64,000 nucleotides of DNA from the human T2T-CHM13v2.0 reference genome, Homo sapiens, in the NCBI RefSeq assembly GCF_009914755.1, contig NC_060926.1; one strand, 5' to 3'. Below, in pieces: positions 37,251 to 56,200 of the stretch (positions are counted from its first letter, which is position 1; the number at the start of each line of letters is the position of its first letter). A program made the position numbers and the translations under genes. Below the pieces are notes generated by a model, which saw only the letters and a list, made by a program, of their open reading frames with translations, was not told the DNA's origin and searched no databases.

Positions 37251-37782
37251 TGTATTAGTCAGGGTTCTCTAAAGGGACACGACTAATAGGATAAATGAAT
37301 ATGTGAAGGGGAGTTTATTAGGAGAATTGACTCACATGATCACAAGGTGAAGTCCCATAATTGGCTGTCTGCAAGCTGAGGAGCCAGGAAGCCACTCCAA
37401 GTCCCAAAACCTCAAAAGTAGGGAAGCCAATAATGCAGCCTTCAGTCTGTAGCCGAAAGCCCGAGAGCCCCTGGCAAACCACTGGTGTAAGTCCAAGAGT
37501 CCAAAAGCTGAAGGACTCAGAGTCTGATATTCAAAGGCAAGAAGCATCCAGCACGGGAGAAAGATGGAAGCTAAAAGACTCAGCCAGTCTGCTCTTTCCG
37601 TGCCTGCTTTTATGCTGGCAGCTGATTAGATGGTGCCCACACAAATTGAGGGTTTGTCTGCCTCTCCCAGCCCACTGACTCAAACGTTAATCTCCTTTGG
37701 CAACACCCTCACAGACACACCCAGGAACAATACTTTGCATCCTCCAATCCAATCAAGTTGACACTCAATATTAACCATCACA
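37251..37782 (-). mobile_element. Complete ERVL solo LTR, MLT2A/MLT2B-type
   Basis: Termini TGTATTAGTCAGGGTTCTCT ... CAATCCAATCAAGTTGACACTCAATATTAACCATCACA (TG..CA). 5-bp TSD CACCC 37246-37250 / CATCC 37783-37787. Confidence 0.92.
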
Positions 37783-38813
37783 CATCCTTAAAGGAAGCTA
37801 TTGATGCAGGCTCCTTCCGTAAGAGAAGACCCCTGAGTATCATAAAAGGGGTCTTGAGACTTATCTCAAAGTCTCCCAAGAGGAGCATGCTGGTCAAAGT
37901 TTGGTCCAACTCTGAGCTGTGTTATTTCCCACAAAGCCATTACCACTGAGTTGATGGACATTTCCAAACTGGGCAGAGCACTCATGACTTTTCTCCCAAA
38001 CCTGACTGGCAAAAATTGTCCACTTCCCTGAAATTTTGTTTGCAGATATCAGAGGAGGGTTACATTTCTGCATTCCCTAAGGGGAAGCCAGGAATGTGGG
38101 AGTTGGGGTTGGGGAGGGGAGAGTGAATGAGCGCTGGAATCCTGGCAGATGGCAGTTGCTAACCAGGGAGCCAGAAAGGCTTGAGGATGAGGAGCCTGGT
38201 GTGCAACACAGGGACAGGGAACAGAAGTAGGAAGGGAAAGGAAGAGCAACCAGTTGACTTTAAAGAGGGGAAGAGAGGTCCCATTGAATCACCCTGCAGA
38301 GAGGACTCATGAAAAAATCAGGCTGGTTTCAAATGATGGCTTATCCAGTTTATCAGATTGGGAAGTAGGATGGCCAAGTGGGATAGCAGGGGTACAAAGA
38401 GGGATTTGGACTTGGGGTCAATGCCTTAGAAGCGCTTCTTTCTGTCTTGCCCCAAACCTTCAAACTGTGCTACTAAATAATTAATATGAAGGTTACAAAC
38501 TTTTTGATATACGTAGTCTGGGCTTCATGCAGGAGCCAAGGAGCCCCTATAAAATACGTCAGGTTCAGTGGCTCTCCAGTGGCTTCCCATTTCCCCCAGA
38601 ATACACTCTAAAGTCCTTTCTAAAGCCTGCAGGCACTTTAGGACCTAGTGGTACCTTGCTGCCTCTTCTAACCACATCTTCCATTCTCCTCCAACCCCTC
38701 TTCCAGGCACCTGGGCCCTTGGCTTTCCTCTAGGGCTCCACTTTTGGGCTGTTCCCCAGATACCCATAGAGCTTGTACCCTCTCACTTCATCCAGGCTGC
38801 TTTCTATGCCCCT

Positions 38814-39873
<1,060 letters not shown>

Positions 39874-39995
39874 GCCCCTTATTGATTGGAGAAGACTCCC
39901 CAACCATTCTTTATAAAATAGTGCCCTTATTAACCGAATATATTTATTCATTCAGTTTTTCTTTTCTTTTTTTTCTTTTTTTTTTTTTTTTTTGA

Positions 39996-40532
<537 letters not shown>

Positions 40533-40764
40533 TGAACTGATGTATCTCCAGTACCTAGCTCCCTGCCTGGACAGTAACAGGCCCTCGATAAATGTTCAGG
40601 AATGGATGAACACATAGGAAGCCATTACAAATCACTCCACAAAAAAGTAATGACAGAGAAAGATGTTCAAGGTATATTGTCAAGTGAAGAAAGCAAATTA
40701 CAAAAGCCTCCTGGGTAGCGTTGTTTCACTTTAAAATCATGTACATATTATTTATTTGTATTCA

Positions 40765-41057
<293 letters not shown>

Positions 41058-41098
41058 TCAACAACAAAAACAAAAAACTGGCTGGGTGCAGTGGCTCA

Positions 41099-41361
<263 letters not shown>

Positions 41362-41429
41362 TCAGAAAAAAAAGAAAAAACCAAATAAACAAATAAAGCT
41401 TAGTGAAATATGCCACAAATTAGTAATAG

Positions 41430-41675
<246 letters not shown>

Positions 41676-42301
41676 TGATCTGCCTGCCTTGGCCTCCCAA
41701 AGTGCTGGGATTACAGGTGTGAACCACTGCACCTGGCTGGCTCTTGAGATTTTGATTTATTTTTCTCTTATTGATGTGTATTTTCTAATTTCTCTGTAGC
41801 AAATATAAATTCTGTAAGAGAAAAAACAATAGAAGTTATGAACGGTTAATAGAAGATATGTTGTCATACTTTTAACTGGCTGTTAGGTTAAGAAAGAAAA
41901 AAGACGCTCATTTTCTTTTCAGTGGGAATGGTGGGAAGCACAGCGAGTGGATGTCACAGCTCGGATGTCTCCGAGCCCAGCAGCTGGGGACATAACCTGT
42001 GCAATCCATCCCATCTGGATTCATGCCCTCACTTGCCACTTTCTAGATCTGTCATCTCGGACATGTCTGTCATTCATATTGTCCTGGTTCTTCAACTGTA
42101 AAATGGGGTAATATTGTACTTACAGGACATATTGCCTCTAGTCTCTGGCCTAGGCTGGAATTTTATTCTTTTGATCTCAGCGATTTGGAAATATCAAGAC
42201 ACCAAGGGTCAGAGACTAGTCCAAGGGTTTGGTTCTCCTTTTATTCCCCTCCAAGGGCAAGCCAAGCAATATCCAGATACTGCTCACATTGCTTCTGAGT
42301 A

Positions 42302-42536
42302 CAGGCCTGAACTAGGGTGAAGTAGTAAGGTGCTTGCCACAGGCACCAAACCTAAGGGGCACCAAAACCATAACCATTGGTACTCATCATAAATAATATG
42401 CTAATGCAATATTTTAAAACATAAAATTATATACAAATTTACAATGAACAAGATAGCAATAATTTTGATAAAGACACAGTAAGTATTTGTAATTTTTCCT
42501 TTGCCTCGGGCTCCATTATGGATGAGTTAAGCACTG
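42302..42536. mobile_element. hAT-Tip100 MITE, MER96B-like
   Basis: CAGGCCTGAACTAGGGTGAAGTAGTAAGG..TAAGGGGCACCAAAA ... TTTTCCTTTGCCTCGGGCTCCATTATGG..GCACTG; CAG..CTG termini; subfamily from recalled consensus. Confidence 0.65.
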
Positions 42537-43242
42537 CTTCCAGCCCACAGCCTGAAGGGAGCAGACCATCAATTATCCAAATCATTATTAACTATTTCTT
42601 AATTATAATTAATTATCCAAATTGTCTTGAGCCTCAGAAGCTGCATTGCTCATTCTGTGTTTGTTTTGCTTTCAGTCAAGGCCTTGTTAGGATATCAATA
42701 GGGAATATTTATTTTTCTGACCCTGTTTGTTCCTTTCCTCTATATAGATACCTAATCATAATTGCTACCTAATTGTGGCCCTTCTACCTCACTGAGAACT
42801 CTGAGGGGCAGGTTTCTCCCTATTCTTTTATAGAAACATAAAATGCCAGAAGAGTATGATTTCTACCCAAAAGAGGACTAAGCAGAGTTTACAGATGTTG
42901 CAGACTCCTCCCCTGATACTTCTGGGGAAGGGCACCCAGACCTGGGCATACCTTGCTTCAAAAACAGGCCATAGCACACAGTCTGCTCATTCCATCCACT
43001 TCCTGGGAGAAGGGAAATTCTTATGTGATGGAGTTAGGCAGGTCTTTGGTCTTGGTGGAGGGTTTCCTGAGGGACTTTCATATTACATATCCTGGGATTT
43101 TTGTGGGTATTAGTTAATCATGTAAAGCAATACCCAGTACACATTCACATGGTAATTGCTAGTTAAATGTAGCAATGATAGGCCCGTGCCGTGGCTCATT
43201 CCTGTAATCCCAGCACTTTGGGAGGCCAAGGCGGGCAGATCA

Positions 43243-43568
<326 letters not shown>

Positions 43569-43579
43569 TCACGAGGTCA

Positions 43580-43984
<405 letters not shown>

Positions 43985-44624
43985 TTAATGTGTAAATTTT
44001 AGGAAATTTCCCCTATTACTCTTTTTAGTTTGATTTAATGTGTGTGTGTGTGTTGTTTTCAAAAAAATGTAAGTTGAATATATATTGAAAATATAAGTTG
44101 ATGCGACAAAATAGACTTACAGCAAAATAGACTTATGCAGGTGAAAGCAGCTGCAGAAAGCTGCGTTCTTTTTAACTCCTAAAAAACTCAGAGGCAAGGA
44201 GAAAAATGGGCTTCTCTGGATGCCAGATAGTGCATAAGACTTAGATTTGGTTACAGTAATTTTAGCATAATCCATTGTAAGCTGATGATCTGGATGAACT
44301 TCACAATAGTGAAGAAACTGGTTTTGAGATTTGGAGATTTTTTTCCCCTTCACTTGAAGGAATGTTGCTCACCACACCTCTTCTACTTGCCCCATGTTTT
44401 TAGATTAATGTTTCCTGGAGAAGTGAAACACACTGAGATTAGATAGCTGCATTCTGTAAGAAGTCTGACTATTGTGAGATTACCATGCTATAGGGAATGT
44501 GCAACCAGTCCCACATGTGCCAGCCTTCACGGGCTAGTCACTTGATTTGCAAGTCATCATAAACTTTCAGTCTTGGGGATGTGATTTGGAGAAGAGTGGA
44601 AGAACCCCACTGACAGCTAGAGCT

Positions 44625-44800
44625 AACACTCCAGACATATGGCCCCAGGTGAGCAGTCTCAGCCAGGTCCAATCGTTACGTCCACTCCAGATGAGGCCCC
44701 AGTCATCCTGGAGCAGGCATGAACAGTCCCTATAGTGGCCTGCCTAATTTCCTGACCCGAACTCATGAGCTTTATACAATGGTTGTTGTTTTTTAAAATG
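44625..44800 (+). mobile_element. Old MLT1-type LTR fragment
   Basis: CCCCAGTCATCCTGGAGCAG..GCCTAATTTCCTGACCC..CATGAGC..AATGGTTGTTGTTTTTAA resembles the 3' part of old MLT1 LTRs. Confidence 0.5.
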
Positions 44801-45265
44801 CTACAGGAGAACAGAAACTAGAAGCAGAGGCATAAAACAGAATAGGAAATACTGAACAAAATAAGGAATCATTGCACACAATTCTCAAATTGTGATTGTT
44901 AGTACTGTCAATTCAACTTTTTCATCTATTTATCCATTCATTCAGGAAAAATTTGTTGAGAGTGCTACAAGCTAGTTAGTGTGGGAGATATTGAAAAATG
45001 ACTAAATTAGCTCTGATCTCAGCAAGTTCCTAGTTTAATGGGGGTGTCAGACAAGTAAACAATTAGCACGCACTGTAATACAATGTTGCTCTATAGTAAG
45101 GGTTTGGAGAAGGAACTGATTGCTTTGAAGATGCAGAATCTCACAGCCTTGAGGGAATCAAAGAAATTCATAGGCACTCTGAGGCTCAAAGACTGAATAG
45201 AGGTTTATCAGATGGCCAGAGCAGGGCAGCTACTGAGTTCCCAACTCTTTAGATCTTGAAGCTAA

Positions 45266-45625
<360 letters not shown>

Positions 45626-45751
45626 TGATCCGCCCGCCTCGGCCTCCCAAAGTGCTGGGCAGAATTTTTTTTTAATAAGAGCATTCATGGCCGGGTGCGG
45701 TGGCTCATGCCTGTAATTCCAGCACTTTGGGAGGCAGAGGTGCGTGGATCA

Positions 45752-45994
<243 letters not shown>

Positions 45995-46738
45995 TCATCT
46001 GTGTGTTGAAAAGAAACAGCTCATGGAGTGTGTGGCATTATTCAATGTAGACTCATCAAACAAGCACCCTATAGAAGCAAGGTCTGCTCAGCACAGGAGA
46101 CAAGGACCTATTCCCAATAAAATTCAATCTAAGTAGGTATTTTGTTTGTTCATTTGTTTTAATGTGCTTTCTATACAAACATATCGCTTAAGACTAGTTT
46201 CCTGGGCCCTATATCCATCCAGATTGCTGTCCTAATCCCTTCTGATAGAAAATTTCTAGAGGTACTTAAGGGTAGACTGCATGCTGTGAGGATAAAAATA
46301 GAGTTGTCTTAACAATAGGGCAATAGAGCCATCATGAGAAAAAGATGACGTCCTAAAATCTATGAGCTTTGTTTCTAGGGGACAAATCTGGTTCAAAAGA
46401 CTTCCTCAAACTTTTCCCTGCTGTCAAGTTTAATGCAATTCCTCCTCCTCCTCCAGTTTTGCCTTTCTAATGTCAGCTTGATTTGAGAAGGTACCTGTCA
46501 AAAAGGCTACTAGAATAACCTGGTGGGAATGTGTTAAGCCATTGCAAGAAAATGGTTCCAGCTGGCCGGGTGTAGTGGCTCACGCCTATAATCCCAGCAC
46601 TTTGGGAGGCTGAGGTGGGTGGATCACCTGAGGTCAGGGGTTCGAGACCAGCCTGGCCAACATGGTGAAACCCCGTCTCTACTAAAAAAATACAAAAAAT
46701 TAGCCGGGTATGGTGGCACATGCCTGTAATCCCAGCTA

Positions 46739-46897
<159 letters not shown>

Positions 46898-48172
46898 CTA
46901 TCTTGGCTCACTTGAACTCCGCCTCCCGAGTTCAAGAGATTCTCCTGCCTCAGCTGGAATTACAGGCGTCTACCACCATGTCCAGGTAATTTCTGTATTT
47001 TTAGTAGAGATGGGGTTTCTCCATGATGGCCAGGCTGGTCTCAAACTCCTGACCTCAGGTGGTCCGCCGCCTCGGCCTCTCAAAGTGCTGGGATTACAGG
47101 CATGAGCCACCAGACCTGGCTAGTTTATTTATTTATACTTGTGTTGTTCCCAGATTAATTTTGTAGTAAGTTTATTTCCTGAGCAAGTGTAGATGGCAGC
47201 TCTCTTATAAAACTAAGTAACTGCAAACAACATGTTGTTATAGTCATTGGAACTGGGAGTGGAGCAGGCATTTGCTTAGAAAACCAGGAGCCTGAACAGA
47301 CACTTCCGGAAAAAAAAAAAAAAAGGATCTTCCACCCCCACTAGGAGGTGATCTGAGGAAGTCTAGCAGTGGGCTGAAAAGGCTGGGTAAGATTTTAGAC
47401 CTTTTGCAGCACCTAGGCAAATGAAACTGGAAGCAAATACACCAGTTTATAAGGAGGAGAAAAGAGCCCAGGAAGGCAAAAGGAAGCTCCTAGTCTCTCT
47501 TAAAACTGCAAGCCCTTCCTAGAATTTGTCTCATAAAATACCCTGATGTTTGGAACTGTAATCACAGTGAAAATTTGGGGCAAGAACTGACCTGTCCAAT
47601 GAGCATTATCTGCCCTGGTGATATGGCAAACTAACACCCTTCTCCTTTTTTTTTTCAGAGCATCATTTCTCATAAATTAGCTTTCTCATCTCAACTGACT
47701 CACTTGGCAGAAACAAATCTACATGGTGTAGAAGAGAGAAGGCAGGGGAATAGTTCAGAAGGAGTGAAAAGAGATAAGTGAAGAGATAAGTGGAAGAAGG
47801 GCAGTTTACTAAATTAGAGGTACCAGCACCATCGTATGACGAATTTACTGAAAAATCCAGATTGGAATTTTTTGAAATCAGGAATGAGAGAAGTTGAGCT
47901 GTTCCACATCATATTAGGCATAACAGTAATTCTTAAAATTTTTGCCAAGAGCTACCTTTGAGGGTATGATGAAAACTATAGACCCTCTGCTGAGAAAAAA
48001 AATGTATATATGACTTACACACAAAATCCTATTATATTAGAACAACTAGTTATGATACCTGAGATGGAACCAATTAGTCACAACACACACACAATAAACT
48101 GTATATTCCTGATCTCTTGACTGTCATAAAATTGTTCTTGCATCTAACCTAAAGTCTCATTCTATAGTTTAA

Positions 48173-48531
<359 letters not shown>

Positions 48532-48767
48532 TGATCCACCCGCCTTGGCCTCCCAAAGAGCTGGGATTACAGGCATGAGCCACCATGCCAGGCCTGTTGT
48601 TATTCTGGTTTTAAACAGAAACTTCCTTAATTTTTCCTTACAGAATGTGGCAGAGAGTGCTAGTTGCCTTCCAATATCCGTTTCTTCCTTTTGTATTAGT
48701 CACCCTAGCTATATGACTATTGTTTTTTTTTTTTGAGCCTTCCCTGCAGCTAGGTATGGCTATGTGA

Positions 48768-48998
<231 letters not shown>

Positions 48999-50005
48999 TA
49001 ATTTTTTTGCATTTTTTTTGGAGACGGAGTTTTGCTATGCAGCCCAGGCTAGAGTGCAGAGGTGTGATCTTGGCTCACTGCATCCTCCGCCTCCATGGTC
49101 CTGGTTCAAGCAATTCTCCTGCCTCAGCCTCCTGAGTAGCTGGAATTATAGGCAGGCACCACCATGCCCAGCTAATTTTTGTATTTTTAGTACAGACAAG
49201 GTTTGATCATGTTTGCCAGGCTGGTCTTGAACTCCTGACCTCATGATCCGCTTGCCTCGGACCTCCCAAAATGCTGGGATTACAGGTGTGAGCCACCGTG
49301 CCCAGCCTTTTTTTTTGTGTTTTTAATGGAGACAGGGTTTTGCCACGTTGGCCAGGCTGGTCTCGATCTCCTGACCTCAGGTGATCCACCCCCCGCTCAA
49401 CCTCCCAAAGTGCTGGGATTACAGGTGTGAGCCACCATGCCCGGCCCCCAAATTTTTTCTTTCTTTTTCCTTCCTCCACCCTGCTGTCTGGAATGAAGAC
49501 CCAATAGCTGGAGATCAATAGCCATCCTAGGCCATGAAGGTGGAGGTGATGGCCAATGTTGTCTGTTGACTCCCTTACTGGAAGTTTTGCAGGAACAGGA
49601 GCCTTTTTTTATCTTGGTGAAAGCAACATCCCCAGCACTTAAAAAGTATGTGACATGTGCTAAGAGCTCAGGTATTGAATGGATAGTGAACGTATGAGTT
49701 AACTCTGGACCTATATAAAGTCTCAGCTTCTTTCACAGAATCAAACTCTTGCTTAATTCAAAGCACATTCCTCCTACTTGCTTCCCTTTGCTCTCCCAGG
49801 CTTGCCACTGTTACAGAATTTTTTTTTCTTAATTCTCTCTAATATTCCCTTCATTCAAAATGTTTTAAAATCTATTTCCGTAACAATGCTTCCCAATATC
49901 TTCCTGGTTAGCAAGTTTTAAATTCTTCAGTTTTCAAGGTCGTAGATATCTATTTTTGTGTATGTCTGTTGTTAAATGCAGGCATTATTTTGTACCTTAA
50001 AATAG

Positions 50006-50796
<791 letters not shown>

Positions 50797-51479
50797 TAGC
50801 CAGGATGGTCTGGATCTCCTGACCTGGTGATCCGCCCGCCTCGGCCTCCCAAAGTGTTGGGATTACAGGCATGAGCCACCGCGCCCGGCCGGGATTGTTT
50901 TTAAGGGTTAAATAAATATACCACAGTTGGAACACTGTCTGGCACATAGTGCTTGCCAAATGGTAACTATTCATCTTCATGGAATCAAGACTGTGGTGCC
51001 CCACTGCATGGTTCTCAGTTTTGCGTGAGAAAATCGTGCTTTCTGTGCTGTTTTTAGTACAAGAAGAGAAACCTGGAAGTCCCTGCCTAGAGGAGAGAAA
51101 CAGGCAAGAAAAGGGAGTTGGCGAGTCCCAGCATTTCAGAGTTGGCAGGGACGAGTTAGGTCCCTATTTTATGGATGAGGAAGTGGAAGGGTGACGTGTC
51201 CTCGAGTCTCATTCAAGACCCACAGCCACAACTCTTTATGGAGAGTAGGACCAGGGCCCCAGGGTTGCTATGATCACGTTGCAGGTGAAAACTAACGCTC
51301 ATTGGAAGACAGGAGCGGAGCACTGAGTTACAAAAACAGTTAACAATTTGGGTGTAACCAAGTTTAGTGAGCAAACGAAAGCTGTCAGACTCGGAAGAAG
51401 AGTTGCTAATGGAGCGAACTCTTTACTAATAACGGCTTTCTACAGAGATCATTGACACAGCTTCCAGTTACAAATGCCC

Positions 51480-52570
51480 GTGCGCTTCCAGTAGGACCGG
51501 AAAGCTCCCAGCAGCCAGCGATGAATGAAAACCCGAGTCTGGGATAGCGGCGTGAGGGGCTGGGCAGCTGCCAGGCGGGGGCGGGGCAGCAGGTCACGTG
51601 CCTGGCTTCGAGGCGGGCGCCGGAGGGGGAACTCTGACCATGATTGGTTCCTCCTAACCAGGTGACCGCAGGTCGCGTTCCGGTTGGCAGGCACCGGCCA
51701 GGGCCAGCGGCCTTCAGTCGGTAGGCGGCGGCGGAAGGAGGAGGAGCTCCAGCCGCGCTCTCTCCCGGCAGTGGCTGTGCTTCACAGCGCTTGTTGGGTT
51801 CCCCACCCCTTTTAAATAAGCCGGGCTGGTCACCGCCCTCGCAGACGAGTCAGCTTAAGGGAGGCGGCGGCAGCGCGGCGGTGGGGGTGCGGCCGAGGCC
51901 CGAGCCCTGCCCGGGGCCGGGCCGCGGGGCGGGCGGGCGAACCGCGGGCGAGGCGGCGTCTGCTTGCGCGGTGCAGCCCCAGCGTAGCCCGGGGCTGCCG
52001 GTGCCGGCCGCGCCATTGTTGGGGGAGGGGGCGGCTGTTGAGGGCGGCGGAGTAGGGGGCGAGCGAAGGCGGTGGCAGAGAGGAGCGGAGGCTTCCCATG
52101 GGGAACACGCTGACCTGTTGCGTGTCCCCCAATGCCAGCCCCAAGCTGGGCCGGCGCGCGGGGTCGGCGGAGCTGTACTGCGCGTCCGACATCTACGAGG
52201 CGGTGTCCGGGGACGCGGTGGCGGTAGCGCCCGCTGTGGTGGAGCCTGCCGAGTTGGATTTCGGAGAGGGCGAGGGCCACCACCTGCAGCACATCAGCGA
52301 CCGCGAGATGCCCGAAGGTAAGGAGGCGGCGGATGCCATCCGCCCTCGGGCTCACCTCTGCCCGCCTCCTCCCCCAGAGTCCCCCGGGAGGCATCCGCCG
52401 CCTCGGGCTCCTTCCTGCCGGTAGCCGGCCCCGGGACGAAGGCTGGTTCTGCCTCGCGTCCCCACCCCTTATTCTTGCCCTGCTGCGTCTGGCCAGTTTC
52501 TTTTCCTCCTCCTTACCGTAACGCCCAGTTCTTGCTCCCGCTTCCCATTCTCCCAAGCCGGCGTGGGACC
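51480..52570 (+). promoter_or_regulatory. CCNYL1: CpG island / promoter and 5' UTR of CCNYL1
   Basis: Sharp rise in GC and CpG. GC box GGGGCGGGGC 51578-51587, E-box GTCACGTG 51593-51600, inverted CCAAT (TGATTGGTT) 51641-51649, ETS-like CCGGAA/GCGGAAG motifs, TA-rich TTTAAATAAG 51811-51820. No ATG seen between ~51720 and 52098. Exact TSS cannot be read from sequence. Confidence 0.9.
52098..52317 (+). CDS. CCNYL1: Cyclin-Y-like protein 1, coding part of exon 1 (73 codons + 1 nt, phase-1 intron follows); no further coding exon recognised in the window
   Basis: Translation MGNTLTCCVSPNASPKLGRRAGSAELYCASDIYEAVSGDAVAVAPAVVEPAELDFGEGEGHHLQHISDREMPE is the recognisable CCNYL1 N-terminus (cyclin Y-type MG..CC acylation start and HLQHISDRE motif). 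Strong donor AAG|GTAAGG with GT at 52318-52319; lies in a CpG island. Confidence 0.96.
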
Positions 52571-52938
52571 CTCTAGTCCGCCGCCCTTCTTGTTTGTAGC
52601 TCTGTTCATTGTCTGGTGGGACTTTGCTAAGACTTTTGGGGTATATTGTTTTCCTTTTCTCAATGGAAACTCAAATACCTCAACTTCGGAGTACTCATCC
52701 CATTCCCTCCCTTAACCCATCCAGATGGTACCTAAGTGAAGGAACCAGGTAAGGGTCTGATTGTTCCTTCCTCCCATCCGTGAAGATAGCTGATGCCCGC
52801 GACAGTTTAGACCCAGATGTTTGAGGATTTCTTATCTAGACTCAAAATAGAGGTTGCCATAGGAGACACTATATGGTATTCCTAATAGGTTAAGTCGGCG
52901 TGAAAGAAGCTGCTTTATTCCTTCCAACTATAATTTGA

Positions 52939-53236
<298 letters not shown>

Positions 53237-54509
53237 TAACTCCAGAGTTCTTGATCCGCCCGCCTCGGCCTCCCAAAGTGCTGGGATTACAGGCGTGAGC
53301 CACCGCGCCCAGAGGTTGTTAACTCAAAGGAGTTTAGCCACGGAGTTCTGATTACTTTAAAATTCCCACGGTGGCAAATACATCTCCAGCCATTCTCCGG
53401 TGACTTAACAGACTTCAATACCTCCTTGTTCTAAAAGAGAGGTGGGGTGGTTCATGGTTAGAAGTTTCAAAAGAGACAAAGTATAAATTTAGACTTAATT
53501 TATAATGTAATGGTTTGGAAGTTAAAATGCTAGACCCTGCCTGCTCAAGAGTATTTGTTTCCGTGGTTCCCCTTCCTTCCTCCCAATCCTGCCAATAGAA
53601 TCCTGGTCAAAGATGAGAATGTTGGGGTTCGTCAGACTCTAAACCGTTGAGGTAGGGGTGAGGGGAGAGGAAACGTTTAGTTTTTTGCCTTTAGAATTTT
53701 GGAAAGAGATAAGTCTAGGTAAAAATAATTCTGGGTAGCAGCGTGATTCTTGAATAAAAACTAATTCTTTTGAAGTAGAAAAACATTGTATCATAAAGAT
53801 GTTTAAATCCAGTGGGCTCATTTGTTTCGTATAAATGCCAGAGATTTCATTACTATAGAAGAAATGTGTTAGAACTCTTATATTTAAACTTTGCTTGGAC
53901 TCTTAATTTCTTTAAAATAATAATTAAGCTTCATGATGGACATGCCTTTGTAACTAGGAACTACTTTACTTACCTTTCGGAATATTCAGACATTGTGAAA
54001 GAATGAACAAATATATTATGTGAGTTAATTGATTGTACCTTTATACACAAAGCATGTAAGTGCTTGTGAAAACTTAATGCTCTCTTAGTGGTGTCAGGTA
54101 AGCCTCTGAGTGATTTTACACACCAGTTAGTAGATGGGTGGGTGGTGTTGGGTGAGAGCCCCAAATAAGGCTCCCACCCAGTGTACATGAAAATACATAC
54201 TTTCATGTACATGTAATTTAGCCCTTCCAAAATAAGGCCTGTTTATATTCCCCGTGTTGCTAATGAAGAAATAAAGAGTTAGGTATGTAGAATGACTATG
54301 TAAGACAGCCACTGAGCAGAACTAAGGTTCTCAGTTCTCAGACTGACATGGAGGTGAGATATACCAAGTTCAGTTCTTAAAAAACTTTTAAAAATCCAGA
54401 ATGCATCATGTATTTTACCCATAAAATAGTCCTGTTTTTGAGAACTTACTTCGGTCTTGATTAGTTCCTTTCAAAGTTTATTTTACACGATTCAGAGGCA
54501 ACACTTACA

Positions 54510-54541
<32 letters not shown>

Positions 54542-55496
54542 GAGAAAGAGTCTCACTGTGTTGACCAGGCTGGCCTCGAACTCCTGGCCTGGGCTCAAGC
54601 AGTCCTCCCACCTCAGCCTCCTGAATAGCTGGGACCACGGGCGTGTGCCATCTTGCCTGGCTCCATCTTATGTCTATACATTCATTTCAGTGGATAAGAA
54701 TAAAAGTAGAGGTAACAAAATGGCCTAAATATACCCATCAAATAAACAGGTTGATAAATTTTAAAGAGTTTGTTCTGGTAACTGTGAATTGAAGCTGAGA
54801 ATGCACTGGACAGAGGAATATTAGAAGCTGGCAAGAGGGAAGGTAAGGTACCAGGCATTAAGCATGGGATGATGATAAAGAGTGCTAAATCAGAAAAGTT
54901 GGAAAAAGAGAATTTGTAAGCACAGAATTTACCATTGTATGTTAGTATGACAGTTACATTTTTATTTCAATTTGTCTCAAAATTTATTTTTGTGGCATTC
55001 AATAAAGTGATAATAGAAATCTCCATTTCGGCATTTGCCTATTATTCATAAGTTTCCATAGAAACATGGCCAGAACACCAAATATAAAGTATAGACACAT
55101 TGAAAGTTTGCTTTTAATATCTTTATTTCAGACAATTTTATATCAGTCTCCCTGGAAACAGAAATTCTTACTGAGATGTAAAACATTTGGCTGGGCATGG
55201 TGGCTCACGCCTGTAATCCCAGCACTTCGGGAGGCTGAGGTGGGCGGATCACGAGGTCAGGAGTTCGAGAGCAGCCTGGCCAACATGGTGAAACCCCGTC
55301 TCTACTAAAAATACAAAAATTAGCTGGGTGTGGTGGCGGGCATCTGTAATCCCAGCTACTCAGGAGGCTAAGGCAGGAGAATCACTTGAACCCAGGAGGC
55401 AGAGGTTGCAGTGAGCTGAGATCGTGCCACTGCACTCTAGCCTGGACAGTGGAGCAAGACTCTGTCTCAAAACAAACAAACAAACAAAAAATTTAG

Positions 55497-55895
<399 letters not shown>

Positions 55896-56065
55896 TGAGA
55901 TGGAGTTTCGCTCTTGTTGCTCAGGCTGGAGTGGAATGGCGCGATCTCGGCTCACTGTAACCTCTGCGCCCAGAGTTCAAGCAGTTCTCCTGCTTCAGCC
56001 TCCTGAGTAGCTGGGATTACAGGTGTGTGCCACCACGCCCAGCTAATTTTTTGTGTTTTTAGTAG

Positions 56066-56200
<135 letters not shown>

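Noticed and set aside
51791-52556. Long overlapping ORFs over the CpG island (233 aa and 120 aa on -, 176 aa on +)
   Set aside because: Stop-codon scarcity in GC-rich DNA; Arg/Pro/Gly/Ala-rich with no recognisable domain. The 108-aa ORF past 52317 is read-through into the intron.
54182-54211. 11-bp inverted repeat TGTACATGAAA..TTTCATGTACA
   Set aside because: Short and AT-rich, with no associated signal.
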